Shown: positions 43,758 through 54,028, counted from the stretch's first letter. The stretch: DNA of 64,000 bases from an uncultured delta proteobacterium (GCA_963752595.1 CAVVYZ010000017.1:96001-160000); one strand, 5' to 3'. Translations and numbers: made by a program. Notes: a model not told the origin generated them from the letters alone.

Positions 43758-45029
43758 TCATGCAAAGGGGTGGTTCGATTTTTTCCTTTTTTGCAGGTGG
43801 CTTTCCCGGGTATCAGGGATCGAGAAGACGAAGAGGCTTCCTTTTTCCCCGTCGCTCTCCACGCTGATACAGCCGAAATGGGCCTCGATTGCCATTTTGC
43901 AGAATGTCAGGCCGAGCCCGGTGGAGAATCTTCTCCCGTCATTCTTCTTCGTGATCTGGAAGAATTTATTGAAAACGGCATCCTGGTATTCAGGGGCAAT
44001 GCCGGGTCCATGGTCCTGTACATGCAGCAATACTCCGTCAACGGTGTGCGTGAATCCGACCTCAACAAATTCACCAGCCGGAGAATGCTGGATCGCATTC
44101 ACGATCAGATTCTGCATGACCCGCAACAGAATGCCGCGGTCACCCCGGATGTTTCCCCGATCCCTATTTCCGGGGATAGACTCCTTGAGGATAATATCTC
44201 TGGCCTTCGCCATGCTGTTCAAACGGATTACGGCCTCATGAACAAGATCTGCCGGATCGATATCTTCATACAAAAGATTGATGCACCCCTCCTCAAGCCT
44301 GGTGATATCGAGGAGATCCGAGATCATGCGGAACAGGGTATCACAGGCGGATTGCGCCGACTGGACCCGTTCGAGGTCGTCATCGGCAGTGGTGTACGAA
44401 AGGATGTCGATGTTAGCCACAATCTCGGACAAAGGGCCTTTGAGATCGTGGATGAGCATGTTGAAGAGTTCGGTGCGGACCCTCTCCAGTTTCTGCAACT
44501 CAGCGTTCTTTTTTTTGATTTCATCCCTGCTCCTCCTCAGTGATTCGCCCTGACGCTGGCTTTCAATGGTGCTGATCACGGAAGAGGCAATGGTCAGGAG
44601 GAGCTCCTGCTCTTCGGCACTGAAGGTATCCTCGCCTTTCTTGTCGGTGATGCTCAAGACTCCGATTACCTTGCCCCGGCTCATGATCGGGGCAAGGAGG
44701 AAGGCCTCTTTTTTATAATGCGTAAACCTTTTATGGAATGCCGTTTCTTCTCCGCCCGGACCCATGTACAGGGTCCGCTTGTTCCTGACGACCCATGAAG
44801 AGGGGGTATCCTCTTCCACCGGATGCCTGAGCCCTACGAGGACAGGGTTTGTTGATGCAGCGATTTCAAAGGTATTATTCCCACGGAGAAGCATAATCGA
44901 GCCCTTTTCAGTATTCATGCAAAAGAGCACCTGCTCCAGAATGGACTTCAACTTCTCATGAAAGGAAAGGGATTTCTTATGAGATATCTCAACTATTTCC
45001 AATAAGGTTTTGAAGCTGTTCGAGTTCAT
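43758..45029 (-). CDS. GAF sensor histidine kinase
   Basis: GAF domain, HDLKGPL, NLIVNA, DHGPGI, TGLGLTFC. Confidence 0.9.
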   Translation of the reverse strand: MNSNSFKTLLEIVEISHKKSLSFHEKLKSILEQVLFCMNTEKGSIMLLRGNNTFEIAASTNPVLVGLRHPVEEDTPSSWVVRNKRTLYMGPGGEETAFHKRFTHYKKEAFLLAPIMSRGKVIGVLSITDKKGEDTFSAEEQELLLTIASSVISTIESQRQGESLRRSRDEIKKKNAELQKLERVRTELFNMLIHDLKGPLSEIVANIDILSYTTADDDLERVQSAQSACDTLFRMISDLLDITRLEEGCINLLYEDIDPADLVHEAVIRLNSMAKARDIILKESIPGNRDRGNIRGDRGILLRVMQNLIVNAIQHSPAGEFVEVGFTHTVDGVLLHVQDHGPGIAPEYQDAVFNKFFQITKKNDGRRFSTGLGLTFCKMAIEAHFGCISVESDGEKGSLFVFSIPDTRESHLQKRKKSNHPFA

Positions 45030-45043
45030 ATAATGCCCCCCTC

Positions 45044-46198
45044 TCAATCTAATTGCTTTAAAAGCTCTCTGGCCTCCCTGTTCCCCGGGTTGATTTTATC
45101 GACCTTCTGGAGAACCAGGTCGGCCCGTGCCGTCAGTTTCAGGGAGATATAGACCCTGGCAACCTTCAGGAGGGGCCGCACGTCTTTGTTCTCCTTCTTT
45201 TCGATCTCCGTGAGGTACGGCATGGCCTTTTTTGAATCTCCCGAACGTACATAGGCATCCACGAGCCTGGACATGAGATCGACACGGCCGGGGATGTGGC
45301 GGAGGACGAAAGTGTAGAGGTCTATGGCATACCCGTACTCCCCGTTGTTCATACAGATCGAGGCAATGTCTTCCCTGAGAGAAAGAGGGTCTTCGGCAAG
45401 GTCGAGAATCTGGGCAAAGACCTTGAGCGCTTTATTTATCAGGCCCTTCTCCAAAAGGATCTTGCCCAGATTCATGCCCCGCTCGAGGTGGCGCGGGCTG
45501 ATGACCATCGCCCGTTCATAATATTTGGCCGCACTGTCCATGTCTCCCTTCTTGAGGTAGATGTCACCTAGATAGTGGAAGGCAAAAACATCCATCGAGT
45601 TCATTTGAACGGCCTTGAGGAAAAGCTTTTCCGCCCCTTCCAGATCGTTCATTTTTAAGTAGAGGTATCCCAGTTCCCTGACGGGCCTTGAAGATGAAGG
45701 ATTCGCATCCATTGCAAGGCGCGCTTCGTCGATCGCCTTGTCGATATGTCCGCCCTCTTCGAGAATGCGTGAGTTCTTTAAATGAAGAAGCATGGGAGGC
45801 GGGCAGTTCGCCTTGGTAATGACCAGCTTTATCCGGTCTTCGAGGGCCTTTACGGTAACGGGCTTGAGAATATAGGCATCAATATCCGATTCTGCGGCCT
45901 CTGCAACGATCTCGCGGTTCGCCTCGGCAGTGACCATCACAACAGGCAGGTCGCGCAAGTTCCGGTCATCACGGATACGCCCCAGGAGCTCTACCCCGGT
46001 CATTACCGGCATGTTCCAGTCTATGATGGCAAGATCGATCTGTTCACCGCGCTCCAGGATTTTCCATGCATCTAACCCGTTAAAGGCGTAAAAAACCTGA
46101 CCGCCGATATTCAGGACTTTGAGCATGCTCTTGATCGCCTTGCACATATTCTCCATGTCATCAACGATAAGTACATTCATATGCTGCATATCTATCAT
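45044..46198 (-). CDS. response regulator receiver + TPR protein
   Basis: LIVDD, IDWNMP..TG.E, LKP, followed by TPR-like helical repeats. Confidence 0.88.
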   Translation of the reverse strand: MIDMQHMNVLIVDDMENMCKAIKSMLKVLNIGGQVFYAFNGLDAWKILERGEQIDLAIIDWNMPVMTGVELLGRIRDDRNLRDLPVVMVTAEANREIVAEAAESDIDAYILKPVTVKALEDRIKLVITKANCPPPMLLHLKNSRILEEGGHIDKAIDEARLAMDANPSSSRPVRELGYLYLKMNDLEGAEKLFLKAVQMNSMDVFAFHYLGDIYLKKGDMDSAAKYYERAMVISPRHLERGMNLGKILLEKGLINKALKVFAQILDLAEDPLSLREDIASICMNNGEYGYAIDLYTFVLRHIPGRVDLMSRLVDAYVRSGDSKKAMPYLTEIEKKENKDVRPLLKVARVYISLKLTARADLVLQKVDKINPGNREARELLKQLD

Positions 46199-46297
46199 GG
46201 CACCAACCTAATGTAGAATGATATAGATTACTTATACCCCTGTACGTCATTTTCAAGAAAAAAGTTAACGGGAAAAGCAAAGAAAAGAGCGAGGCAC

Positions 46298-47452
46298 CTA
46301 TTCCACGTAAAGAATATGCCCGAAGAGATGGATGCCCTGGGGGTGAGTCGGCAGGACCGGGAAGTCACGGCCCTCGTGGAGGGGCTCTATGAGCTTGACG
46401 GTTCGGGATGTCTGTTCAGCTGCGCCTTGGACCGCTTTATAAAATTCCAAAGGTGTAAACTGGGGACCGAGGTATGAGGTTGCAAAGAGCAATCCCGAAC
46501 TTTTCAACCTCTCGAGGGAAAGGGCCATAACCTTTTCCAGGTCATCGGACTCTTTTGGAAAGGCGGGCGGATCGCATATGATAATGTCATAGCGGGACCG
46601 GTCGTCCTGGAGGAACCTGAAGGCATCGTCACGCACGTGTTTCCAGACAAAAGGCGCTATTTTGTTTACCTCCAGGTTCTTTTTGGCCAGGGCCTGGGCA
46701 GGAGACGAGGAGTCGACGGATACTACCGATTTTGCCCCTCCTTTGAGGGCATGCACTGCATAGGCGCCGGTATAGGAAAAGAGATCGAGTACATCCTTGC
46801 CGGCAGCGGCTGCCTGGAGTTTTGCGCGGTTATTCCGGTGTTCGAGGTAAAAGCCTGTCTTGTCTCCTGTGAGAACATCGACCATGAAGGGTATTCCCAT
46901 CTCATGGACAAGGACCTCTCCCTCCTCGACGGCACCTGAAAGCGGTCCGCTCAAAGGGCGAAGCCCCTCGGACGACCTGGACCTCAAATCGGAGCGCTCA
47001 TGGATGGGGCATTTGGGATAGAGCTCCTGGAATATGGAGACGATATCTCCTTTGATTTCATCCATACCCGTGCTCAAAAACTGCATGACCACAACCGTAT
47101 GGAAAAAATCCACTACGAGTCCGGGAAGCATGTCCCCTTCTCCATTGACGAGACGGTAACATGTGGTGTCGGCAGGGATGAGCGATTCCCTCAGCCTGAT
47201 CGCCTGCTTTATCCTCCTCTGGAAGAATGCCCGGTCAATAGTTTCCTTGCCTCTGGAGAGAACCCTTACCGCGATCTGGGAGTAAGGATTGTAAAAACCC
47301 TGGCAGATGAACCTTCCCCGGGAATCAATGACCCTGCAGAGGCTGCCTTCTTCTGGGGATCCTTGAATTTTATCCACTGCCCCGGAAAATATCCAGGGAT
47401 GGCCTATAATTACAGGTATCTCTTTTTTTGGTTTGAGCCGGACGATCAGCAT
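46298..47452 (-). CDS. rlmI: RlmI-like class I SAM-dependent rRNA methyltransferase
   Basis: GHPWIFS, RLVNGEGD.LPGLVVD, KTGFYL, VLDLFSYTG, DPPAF. Confidence 0.8.
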   Translation of the reverse strand: MLIVRLKPKKEIPVIIGHPWIFSGAVDKIQGSPEEGSLCRVIDSRGRFICQGFYNPYSQIAVRVLSRGKETIDRAFFQRRIKQAIRLRESLIPADTTCYRLVNGEGDMLPGLVVDFFHTVVVMQFLSTGMDEIKGDIVSIFQELYPKCPIHERSDLRSRSSEGLRPLSGPLSGAVEEGEVLVHEMGIPFMVDVLTGDKTGFYLEHRNNRAKLQAAAAGKDVLDLFSYTGAYAVHALKGGAKSVVSVDSSSPAQALAKKNLEVNKIAPFVWKHVRDDAFRFLQDDRSRYDIIICDPPAFPKESDDLEKVMALSLERLKSSGLLFATSYLGPQFTPLEFYKAVQGAAEQTSRTVKLIEPLHEGRDFPVLPTHPQGIHLFGHILYVE

Positions 47453-47561
47453 AGGGTTTAAGCCTTTACCATAGTTTATTGCACGATGCTACAGCTTATT
47501 GAGTTTATTATATGAAATAAACTTGTAAAAATCGAGAGAGCATCCAAAAAGGCTTCCGGCA

Positions 47562-48062
47562 TTATCTCGGTCTGTTCGGGCTCTCTATGAAGTCGCAGAT
47601 CTTTGGAATATCTTCAAAGGAAAACCAGGGAACTCCTGCATCGATATATTCTTTGCTCACCAGTGCAATATAGGAAACATCAGGTTCTTCAATGCACATG
47701 GGGGTATCGTAGAGAGCAGGATTAAAAACCTCAATTTTCCTGAAAGGACCATTCTTGAAGCCCTCTACGAGTACGATGTCCATACCGTTTCGCGCGAGCG
47801 AGGAGAGATGCTCTATACCGGGCTCGGAGAGCTCATAAAGCATCAGCGCATTGTCGGAGAACAGGATGATGCGGTCAGCCCCCTGCTGAGAGAACTTATA
47901 GGTATCCTTGCCTTTTTTATCCACCTCCATCAGGTGGGTGCTGTGCTTGACGGCCGCAACACGTTTCCCCCGTGCTTTGAAGGCACTGATAAGTTGTTCG
48001 ATGAGATAGGTTTTTCCGCTGTTGGTCCCTCTGGCAACAAAGGCTACGATGTTTTCAAACAT
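47562..48062 (-). CDS. mobB: molybdopterin-guanine dinucleotide biosynthesis protein B
   Basis: NSGKTYL, VKH..H, D..GKDT, LVEGFK, KIEV. Confidence 0.88.
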   Translation of the reverse strand: MFENIVAFVARGTNSGKTYLIEQLISAFKARGKRVAAVKHSTHLMEVDKKGKDTYKFSQQGADRIILFSDNALMLYELSEPGIEHLSSLARNGMDIVLVEGFKNGPFRKIEVFNPALYDTPMCIEEPDVSYIALVSKEYIDAGVPWFSFEDIPKICDFIESPNRPR

Positions 48063-48265
48063 GGCGTTTTCATCTTCTCCCAAACCCTATCCGGATGCGT
48101 GTAAAGAACCGGTCAGGGTAGGGGATATTGTATGACAAAGATCTTCCCTTTTGTAAACCCCGGCACGAAGTTTCTTAAGCAAAAGATCTTCACGATCCTT
48201 AGCTTGTGGGAGAAAAGGGAAGGATGAAAAGATAGTATATTTCTGGAGTAATTTCCTGACAACCC

Positions 48266-48700
48266 TCAATTTTTTTCTGCAAGAATCGGATGCCGGTGCG
48301 AATAGTTTTCGTCCGGGCATATGATCTGAAGGGCGCAGCGTTTGTTGACATTAATGATGATGGGCCCCAGAAGGTTGATGGTCATCTTGTCCGGCTGATT
48401 GAGCGGGATGGTAACGACACACATGACTTCGAGCTCGGATAAGTTCTCTGCATGGAGCTCTTTAAGGAGATTTTCTTCTATATTGATGGTATAATCGGAC
48501 TTCACCAGCTGTGGGTTCATGACCACGAAGGCGATTGTCCCGTCATCGACGCTCTGCAACCAATAAAAAGGGGATCCTTCCGTATGCGGGAAAAGGATAA
48601 ATTTTTTATTCTGGGAAAAACCCAGGATCCCTTTGGGAAAAAGGATTACCTTATCTTCCTGAGCCGTTATGGTTCCGAACCTCGCAGTTTGAATTTCCAA
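48266..48700 (-). CDS. fliW: flagellar assembly factor FliW
   Basis: TARFG, FPKGILGF, FYWLQS, MTINLLGPIIIN; TTG start after GAGGAGG. Confidence 0.92.
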   Translation of the reverse strand: MEIQTARFGTITAQEDKVILFPKGILGFSQNKKFILFPHTEGSPFYWLQSVDDGTIAFVVMNPQLVKSDYTINIEENLLKELHAENLSELEVMCVVTIPLNQPDKMTINLLGPIIINVNKRCALQIICPDENYSHRHPILAEKN

Positions 48701-48710
48701 GATCCTCCTC

Positions 48711-49820
48711 CTATATGTAATCTACAAGACTCATGCTCGTAATCATGGATGCACTTTTCAAGGTCGCCTGATAGATCGTTTGCTGGTTCTGCAGGGAAGT
48801 AAGGGCATCGGCATAGTCCAAGTCCTCGATATCCGATGTGGTTTTCTTATTGTCGACCACTGCAAGCTGGAGAACCGATTTCGTATGCTCGAGCCGGTTG
48901 ACCACAGCCCCAACCTTTGCAAGCTTGTTCATAAGATTTTTACTTGAATTTTCAAGCTCGGGGAGGCTGTCCTTGATTCTTTGGACATCGTTGTTGCGAA
49001 GTGCCTTCTCAAGCTTCATGAGGGTCATGAGGACATCTCCTGACGAGCTTCTGAAGAGCTGGCTGCCGGGGACATTGATTTCCGCCGTATCGGTTTTGCC
49101 GATCTTAACGGAAAAGGTATCGTCGTTCCCCGCATACTGGGTGGACCACCGGCCGTCGTGGTATACGTAAAGCTCATTTTCGCTCTGCACTACCGCCGAT
49201 GTTCCTTCGCCTGCCGCAGTACTTATCTGCCAGGCCGCTCCATCGTATTCGTAAATATTGCCGTCCGTAGTATTTATGTAGCGGTCTCCGGCTGAGGCTG
49301 CACCGCCGAGGTTCGCCACTGCTCCCGCGTTATCTGCAGCCATGGTACCCACATCATCCTGCCAGTCCGTAACGGGTGCAGACAGGAAAGGTGCTTCCTG
49401 AGTCATGGTGCCGCCGAAGATATACTTGTTTCCATACTTGGAGTTTGCATGGCCGAGGATCATCTCACGGATTTCTTTTATTTCCTGGGCCTCGCCCAAT
49501 CTTGCGCTTGCGTCCGACGTAGAGGAAGCCATCTGGACTGCAATCTCGGATGCACGGCCGAGCAGGTTATCCACATCATTGACGATGGAATCCGTTCGTG
49601 CGAGCCATCCGTTGGCAAGGTCGATAGACCTCTGGTATTGCTCAAAGGCATTCAATTCGGTGCGGTTTATCAAAACCCTGGAGAGCCCGAGAGGATCCTC
49701 GGAAGGCTTGTCTATACGCTTGCCCGATGAGATCTGGCTGTTCAGCCTGAAGAGCTTTTCCGTACTCTTCCCGAGATCCTTGACAAGCTGGTCGTAGAGA
49801 AATCTATTGCTCACTCTCAT
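48711..49820 (-). CDS. flgL: flagellar hook-associated protein 3
   Basis: MRVS..., ISSGKRIDKPSEDP, ANSKY..KYIFGG, IEDLDYA, YQATL, SLVDYI. Confidence 0.92.
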   Translation of the reverse strand: MRVSNRFLYDQLVKDLGKSTEKLFRLNSQISSGKRIDKPSEDPLGLSRVLINRTELNAFEQYQRSIDLANGWLARTDSIVNDVDNLLGRASEIAVQMASSTSDASARLGEAQEIKEIREMILGHANSKYGNKYIFGGTMTQEAPFLSAPVTDWQDDVGTMAADNAGAVANLGGAASAGDRYINTTDGNIYEYDGAAWQISTAAGEGTSAVVQSENELYVYHDGRWSTQYAGNDDTFSVKIGKTDTAEINVPGSQLFRSSSGDVLMTLMKLEKALRNNDVQRIKDSLPELENSSKNLMNKLAKVGAVVNRLEHTKSVLQLAVVDNKKTTSDIEDLDYADALTSLQNQQTIYQATLKSASMITSMSLVDYI

Positions 49821-49828
49821 ATATCCAC

Positions 49829-49878
49829 CTATCGGCAAGCTGAACTCGCCTCTTTATTACTTTGCAATGATTCTGCCA
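49829..49878 (-). promoter_or_regulatory. tandem sigma54 (TGGCAG-N5-TTGCA, 49878-49863) and sigma28-like (TAAA-N16-GCCGATAG, 49856-49829) promoters of flgL
   Basis: GG-N10-GC spacing is exact; GCCGATA -10 with TAAAG -35. Confidence 0.6.
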
Positions 49879-49962
49879 GGGTGGATAATCCAAGGAGGGC
49901 CTTGAGAAAGGCACGCGGCAGGGGGAAAAGAGTTCCCTTCTAAGGAGGAAGTCTTTTCCCCT

Positions 49963-51249
49963 TCAGCTCTTAGAAACCCTTTCCTGGATCTTGCGGCATT
50001 CCCTGATGAGCGCTTCCTCGTCGACCGTAGTCGAAGTAAAATCCCTGACAATGATCCGGCCGTTTATGACTACATCCTTCACATTGGAGCCGGAAGCCGC
50101 ATAGATTACATGGGAAACAGGGTTATAGACCGGAACCAGATTCGGCGCATGACCGTCCAGGGTTATGATGTCGGCGAGTTTTCCCGGCTCCAGGCTTCCG
50201 GCATCTAGCTTAAGCGCTCGGGCAGCATTTTCGGTCATGAGGGACAGCGCAGTGCATTCATCGAGCACGGTCGGGTCCATGGTATTGATCTTGTGCAGCT
50301 TTGCAACCGTAGATATCTCCGTAATCATGTCCAGGTTATTATTGCTCGCACACCCGTCGGTTCCGATCGTAACGTTCACCCCTGCTGCAAGCATTTTAGG
50401 GATAGGGGCGATCCCTGATGCCAGCTTCATGTTGCTCTCGGCGTTATGGGCCACCGAGACTCCTCTCTCTGCGAGGAGCCCGATCTCGTCATCGTTAAGG
50501 ACAACGCAATGTGCCGCCAACGTGCGTGGCGAGAGGCACCCGAGAGAATCCAGGAGCTCCACAGGCGTCATTTTATATTGTTCCATTACCTGCCTGACCT
50601 CGGCCTCTGTCTCGCTCAGGTGGATCTGAAACACGAGGTCGAACTCTTCAGCCAGGCCGTAAGCCTGGACGAGAAGCTCCGGCGAACAGGTATACACGGC
50701 ATGGGGGAATACCGTAGGCCGTGCAAGCTCGTCATCGAGCCAGCGGCTTATGAATCTCCGGGAGTGTTCGATTGTGCGCGAAGGGTCAGACAGCGACGGG
50801 CTGGGAAACTGGAGGATCCCTTCGCCAAGCCAAGACCTAAGCCCCACTTCATGGGCCGCCTTTCCCACCTGGTCTTCGTAGAAATACCCGTCGCAGAAAG
50901 CCGTGGTGCCGGATCTGGTCATTTCCCATGCCGCCAGCAGCGTCCCGAGATAGACGAACTCCTTGTTCACGAACTTGGCTTCCGCCGGGAAGATATAGTC
51001 CTGCAGCCACGACATGAGGGGAAGGTCGTCGGCAAATCCCCGGAACAGGGTCATGGAGGCGTGGGTATGGGTGTTGATGAGCCCGGGCATCACGATATCG
51101 AAGGGCCCGCCGAGAACTTCATCGATGCCTTGGGGGAGGATCGGCGTTATCTCCCTGATGGTACTGCCTTCTACGACGACATAGTGGTCACGCAGCACTT
51201 CCCGGGAATTCTTGATGACATAGCCCCCCTGAACGGCGATCCTTTTCAT
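49963..51249 (-). CDS. mtaD: amidohydrolase, 5-methylthioadenosine/SAH deaminase-like
   Basis: PGLINTHTH, PHAVYTC, HLSET, AHCV, SNMKLASG, GTDG.ASNN. Confidence 0.85.
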   Translation of the reverse strand: MKRIAVQGGYVIKNSREVLRDHYVVVEGSTIREITPILPQGIDEVLGGPFDIVMPGLINTHTHASMTLFRGFADDLPLMSWLQDYIFPAEAKFVNKEFVYLGTLLAAWEMTRSGTTAFCDGYFYEDQVGKAAHEVGLRSWLGEGILQFPSPSLSDPSRTIEHSRRFISRWLDDELARPTVFPHAVYTCSPELLVQAYGLAEEFDLVFQIHLSETEAEVRQVMEQYKMTPVELLDSLGCLSPRTLAAHCVVLNDDEIGLLAERGVSVAHNAESNMKLASGIAPIPKMLAAGVNVTIGTDGCASNNNLDMITEISTVAKLHKINTMDPTVLDECTALSLMTENAARALKLDAGSLEPGKLADIITLDGHAPNLVPVYNPVSHVIYAASGSNVKDVVINGRIIVRDFTSTTVDEEALIRECRKIQERVSKS

Positions 51250-51272
51250 GCGAAATGCTCCACGATTAAAAC

Positions 51273-51881
51273 TTATTTCACGTTCCTTCGGTACCGCAGT
51301 GCACTGGCCAGGGTTACCTGGTCCATGTACTTCAATTCCCCGCCCATGGGGACTCCGGATGCAATCCTGCTTACCCGGACGTTCAGTTTTCTTTCTTCGA
51401 TGAGCCTCGTGATGTAGTGGAACGTTCCTTCGCCTTCAACCGACGGGTTGGTGGCGACAATGACCTCGCTGACAGGGTTTCGCGTGAGGCGGTCCATGAG
51501 TTCGGGCAGCTTGATGTCTTCGGGGCCGATCCCGCCCATAGGTGATACGAGGCCGTGCAGCACATGGTAGAGACCCTTGTATGCATGGGCGGATTCAAGG
51601 GCGAGCACGTCGCTCGGCTCCTCCACCACGCAGATTATCGAGGAGTCGCGCGAAGGATCCTGGCATATGGAGCATTTCGGCATATCCGCGAGATTGTAGC
51701 AGACGGAGCACAGGCGGATGGTCTCCCGCACCGTGGTCAACGATCCGGCAAGATCGGCGGCAAGATTGTCCCTGTCTGCAAGGATGAACAGGGCGAGCCT
51801 GGTTGCGGTCTTTTCACCCACGCCGGGAAGGCGCTTAAGTTGTGATATGAGCTGCTTGAGCGGCTTAGGATACGGGTCCAT
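51273..51881 (-). CDS. recR: recombination mediator RecR
   Basis: LPGVGEKTA.RL, C4 zinc finger, ICVVE, YHVLHG, ATNPSVEGE. Confidence 0.96.
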   Translation of the reverse strand: MDPYPKPLKQLISQLKRLPGVGEKTATRLALFILADRDNLAADLAGSLTTVRETIRLCSVCYNLADMPKCSICQDPSRDSSIICVVEEPSDVLALESAHAYKGLYHVLHGLVSPMGGIGPEDIKLPELMDRLTRNPVSEVIVATNPSVEGEGTFHYITRLIEERKLNVRVSRIASGVPMGGELKYMDQVTLASALRYRRNVK

Positions 51882-51883
51882 CT

Positions 51884-52201
51884 TCAGACGATGTCAAAAG
51901 GCAGCGGCAAACCGCCTGTGAGCTGTTTCATCTCTGATGCCATGAGTTCTCTGGACTTCTGTATCCCCTGGTTCACTGCCGCAAGGATAAGATCTTCGAG
52001 CATGGGAATATCGCGGCTGTCCACGCAGACGGGGTCGATCTTGATTTCCCTGATTTCCTGCCTGCCGGTCACCGTAACCGTAACCATGCCGCCTCCCGAG
52101 GAGGCCGTCACGGTTTTTTGGGCGAGGCCTTCCTGTATCTTCTTTGCGTGTTCCTGGATGTTCTGGACCTGCTTCATGAGTTCTTGAAAATTGAATTCCA
52201 T
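51884..52201 (-). CDS. ybaB: YbaB/EbfC nucleoid-associated protein
   Basis: SGGGMVTV, LEDLILAAVN; upstream of recR. Confidence 0.92.
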   Translation of the reverse strand: MEFNFQELMKQVQNIQEHAKKIQEGLAQKTVTASSGGGMVTVTVTGRQEIREIKIDPVCVDSRDIPMLEDLILAAVNQGIQKSRELMASEMKQLTGGLPLPFDIV

Positions 52202-52327
52202 ATCAACCATTAATACGGAAAAACAACTAGGTGTCAACACGCATCATCTTGACAGCAAGCCTTCCCAATCGTTATCATAATAAAAAAATCTTCCTTATCG
52301 AGCAGTGAAAGGAATGGAGGTTTGATC

Positions 52328-53104
52328 ATGCCCCGGAGGTTCATCGACCTTTCCATCGCCATTGAAGACGGGTTGCCCAGCGACCCGCCGCTCATGATTC
52401 CCAAGATCACCTATCTGGATCACCGGATAGGTGCGGAGACCATGAAGCTTTTTTATCCCGGGCTCGATTCGGAAGACCTGCCCGGAGGGCTGGGCTGGGC
52501 CGTGGAAATCCTTGAGCTGTCCACCCATGCAGGGACCCATATGGACGCCCCCTGGCACTATCATCCGAGCCAGGATTCGGGAAAGCCTGCCCTTACCATC
52601 GATCAGTTTCCCCTGGAGTGGGCCGTTGGAGACGGAGTGGTAATGGACTTCACCGACCGGCACGACGGCTATAAGATCACCCCGGATGACATCATCGCAA
52701 AACTCGATGCCATGAACTATAGCATGAAAGAAGGCGATATCTTCCTGGCCAGGACCGGAGCGGACGCCTACTGGGGAAGGCCCGAATACCTGGTGAAGGG
52801 TTGCGGCTTCGGCCGCGAGGCAACATTATGGCTCATCAACCAGGGGATCCATGTCGTGGGGACCGATGCGTGGAGCTGGGACAGGCCGCTTGCCTTCCAG
52901 GCCGAGGACTTTATACGGACACACGATCCTTCCCTCGTCTGGGAAGGACATTTCGCCGGGATCGAAAAAGGGTACTTCCAGATCGAAAAGCTCACCAATC
53001 TGGACAAGCTTCCGCCCACGGGATTCACCTTCTATTGCTTTCCCATCAAGATCAAGGGAGCCGGCGCAGGCTGGATCCGGGCGGTTGCCGAGATTCATGG
53101 TTGA
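52328..53104 (+). CDS. cyclase family protein (kynurenine formamidase-like)
   Basis: IDLS, THAGTHMDAPWH, VGTD, IEKLTNL, PIKI.G. Confidence 0.9.
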   Translation: MPRRFIDLSIAIEDGLPSDPPLMIPKITYLDHRIGAETMKLFYPGLDSEDLPGGLGWAVEILELSTHAGTHMDAPWHYHPSQDSGKPALTIDQFPLEWAVGDGVVMDFTDRHDGYKITPDDIIAKLDAMNYSMKEGDIFLARTGADAYWGRPEYLVKGCGFGREATLWLINQGIHVVGTDAWSWDRPLAFQAEDFIRTHDPSLVWEGHFAGIEKGYFQIEKLTNLDKLPPTGFTFYCFPIKIKGAGAGWIRAVAEIHG

Positions 53105-53266
53105 CCAGGTACTGGTAAATGTCTTATGATTTTGTTGTAAGGGCGAAACGAGCTGCCTGAAGGCTGAACCGGACCCTTATACAGGCCTTTTCTCCATGAA
53201 GGAATGCCAAAAAAGAAATTGAAAAAAACCTTGAAGATGACCAGCGATGTGGGCTAGAGGAAGGTT

Positions 53267-54028
53267 ATGCTCGCCATTGATGTGGGCAATACCCATATAA
53301 CCTGTGCAGTCATAGAGGGGGCTGAAATCCGGGTGGTCCGGCGTATCCCGACCGAAGCATGCCTGAAAAGCGGCACCTTCTTTGAGCATCTCGACCTTGC
53401 GGGCGAACCGGTGCCCGAAGAAATAGTGCTCAGCAGCGTGCGGAAGAGCATTTCCGGCATCATCTGCAGGGAGTGCGAGGGGCTCTCCGGCATCATGCCC
53501 TTTATCGTTGCCAACGATACACCCATGGGGATTACGAACCGCTATCTGTCGAAAGAAACCCTCGGGGCAGACAGGCTCGTGGACGTAGCGGCCTGCTATC
53601 ATCTCTATACAAAGGGGCAGCAGCCCGGGATCGTAATCGATATGGGCACTGCGACGACCATTGATTACATCACAGAGAAGGGGGAATATCTTGGAGGTGT
53701 AATCGCTCCCGGTCTCATCAGCGCATACCGCGGCCTGCTTGCCTCTGCACCGGAACTGCCTGAAATCGAGATATCGCCGGTGGATAGGCTTGTCGGGACA
53801 ACGACCCGAGACTGCATCCGCTCAGGGGTGGTCGCAGGCCATGCAGCCATGGTGAAGGAGCTTTCCTCCCTAATGGCACAGGCGCATCGGTCAAAACCGG
53901 TGGTGGCGGTGACCGGCGGGCTTGCCCCAATGGTTATTGCCTGGCTGCCGGAAGAATTCATCCATGACGAGTATCTGATGATCAAGGGGTTATCATTCAT
54001 TTATCAGATAAATATAAAAGATGATTAA
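53267..54028 (+). CDS. coaX: type III pantothenate kinase
   Basis: LAIDVGNT, LGADR, IDMGTATT, GGVIAPG, TGG. Confidence 0.93.
   Translation: MLAIDVGNTHITCAVIEGAEIRVVRRIPTEACLKSGTFFEHLDLAGEPVPEEIVLSSVRKSISGIICRECEGLSGIMPFIVANDTPMGITNRYLSKETLGADRLVDVAACYHLYTKGQQPGIVIDMGTATTIDYITEKGEYLGGVIAPGLISAYRGLLASAPELPEIEISPVDRLVGTTTRDCIRSGVVAGHAAMVKELSSLMAQAHRSKPVVAVTGGLAPMVIAWLPEEFIHDEYLMIKGLSFIYQINIKDD

Noticed and set aside
53138-53180. Hammerhead ribozyme or c-di-GMP riboswitch (GAAAC...CTGA)
   Set aside because: The required stems and conserved core spacing cannot be formed
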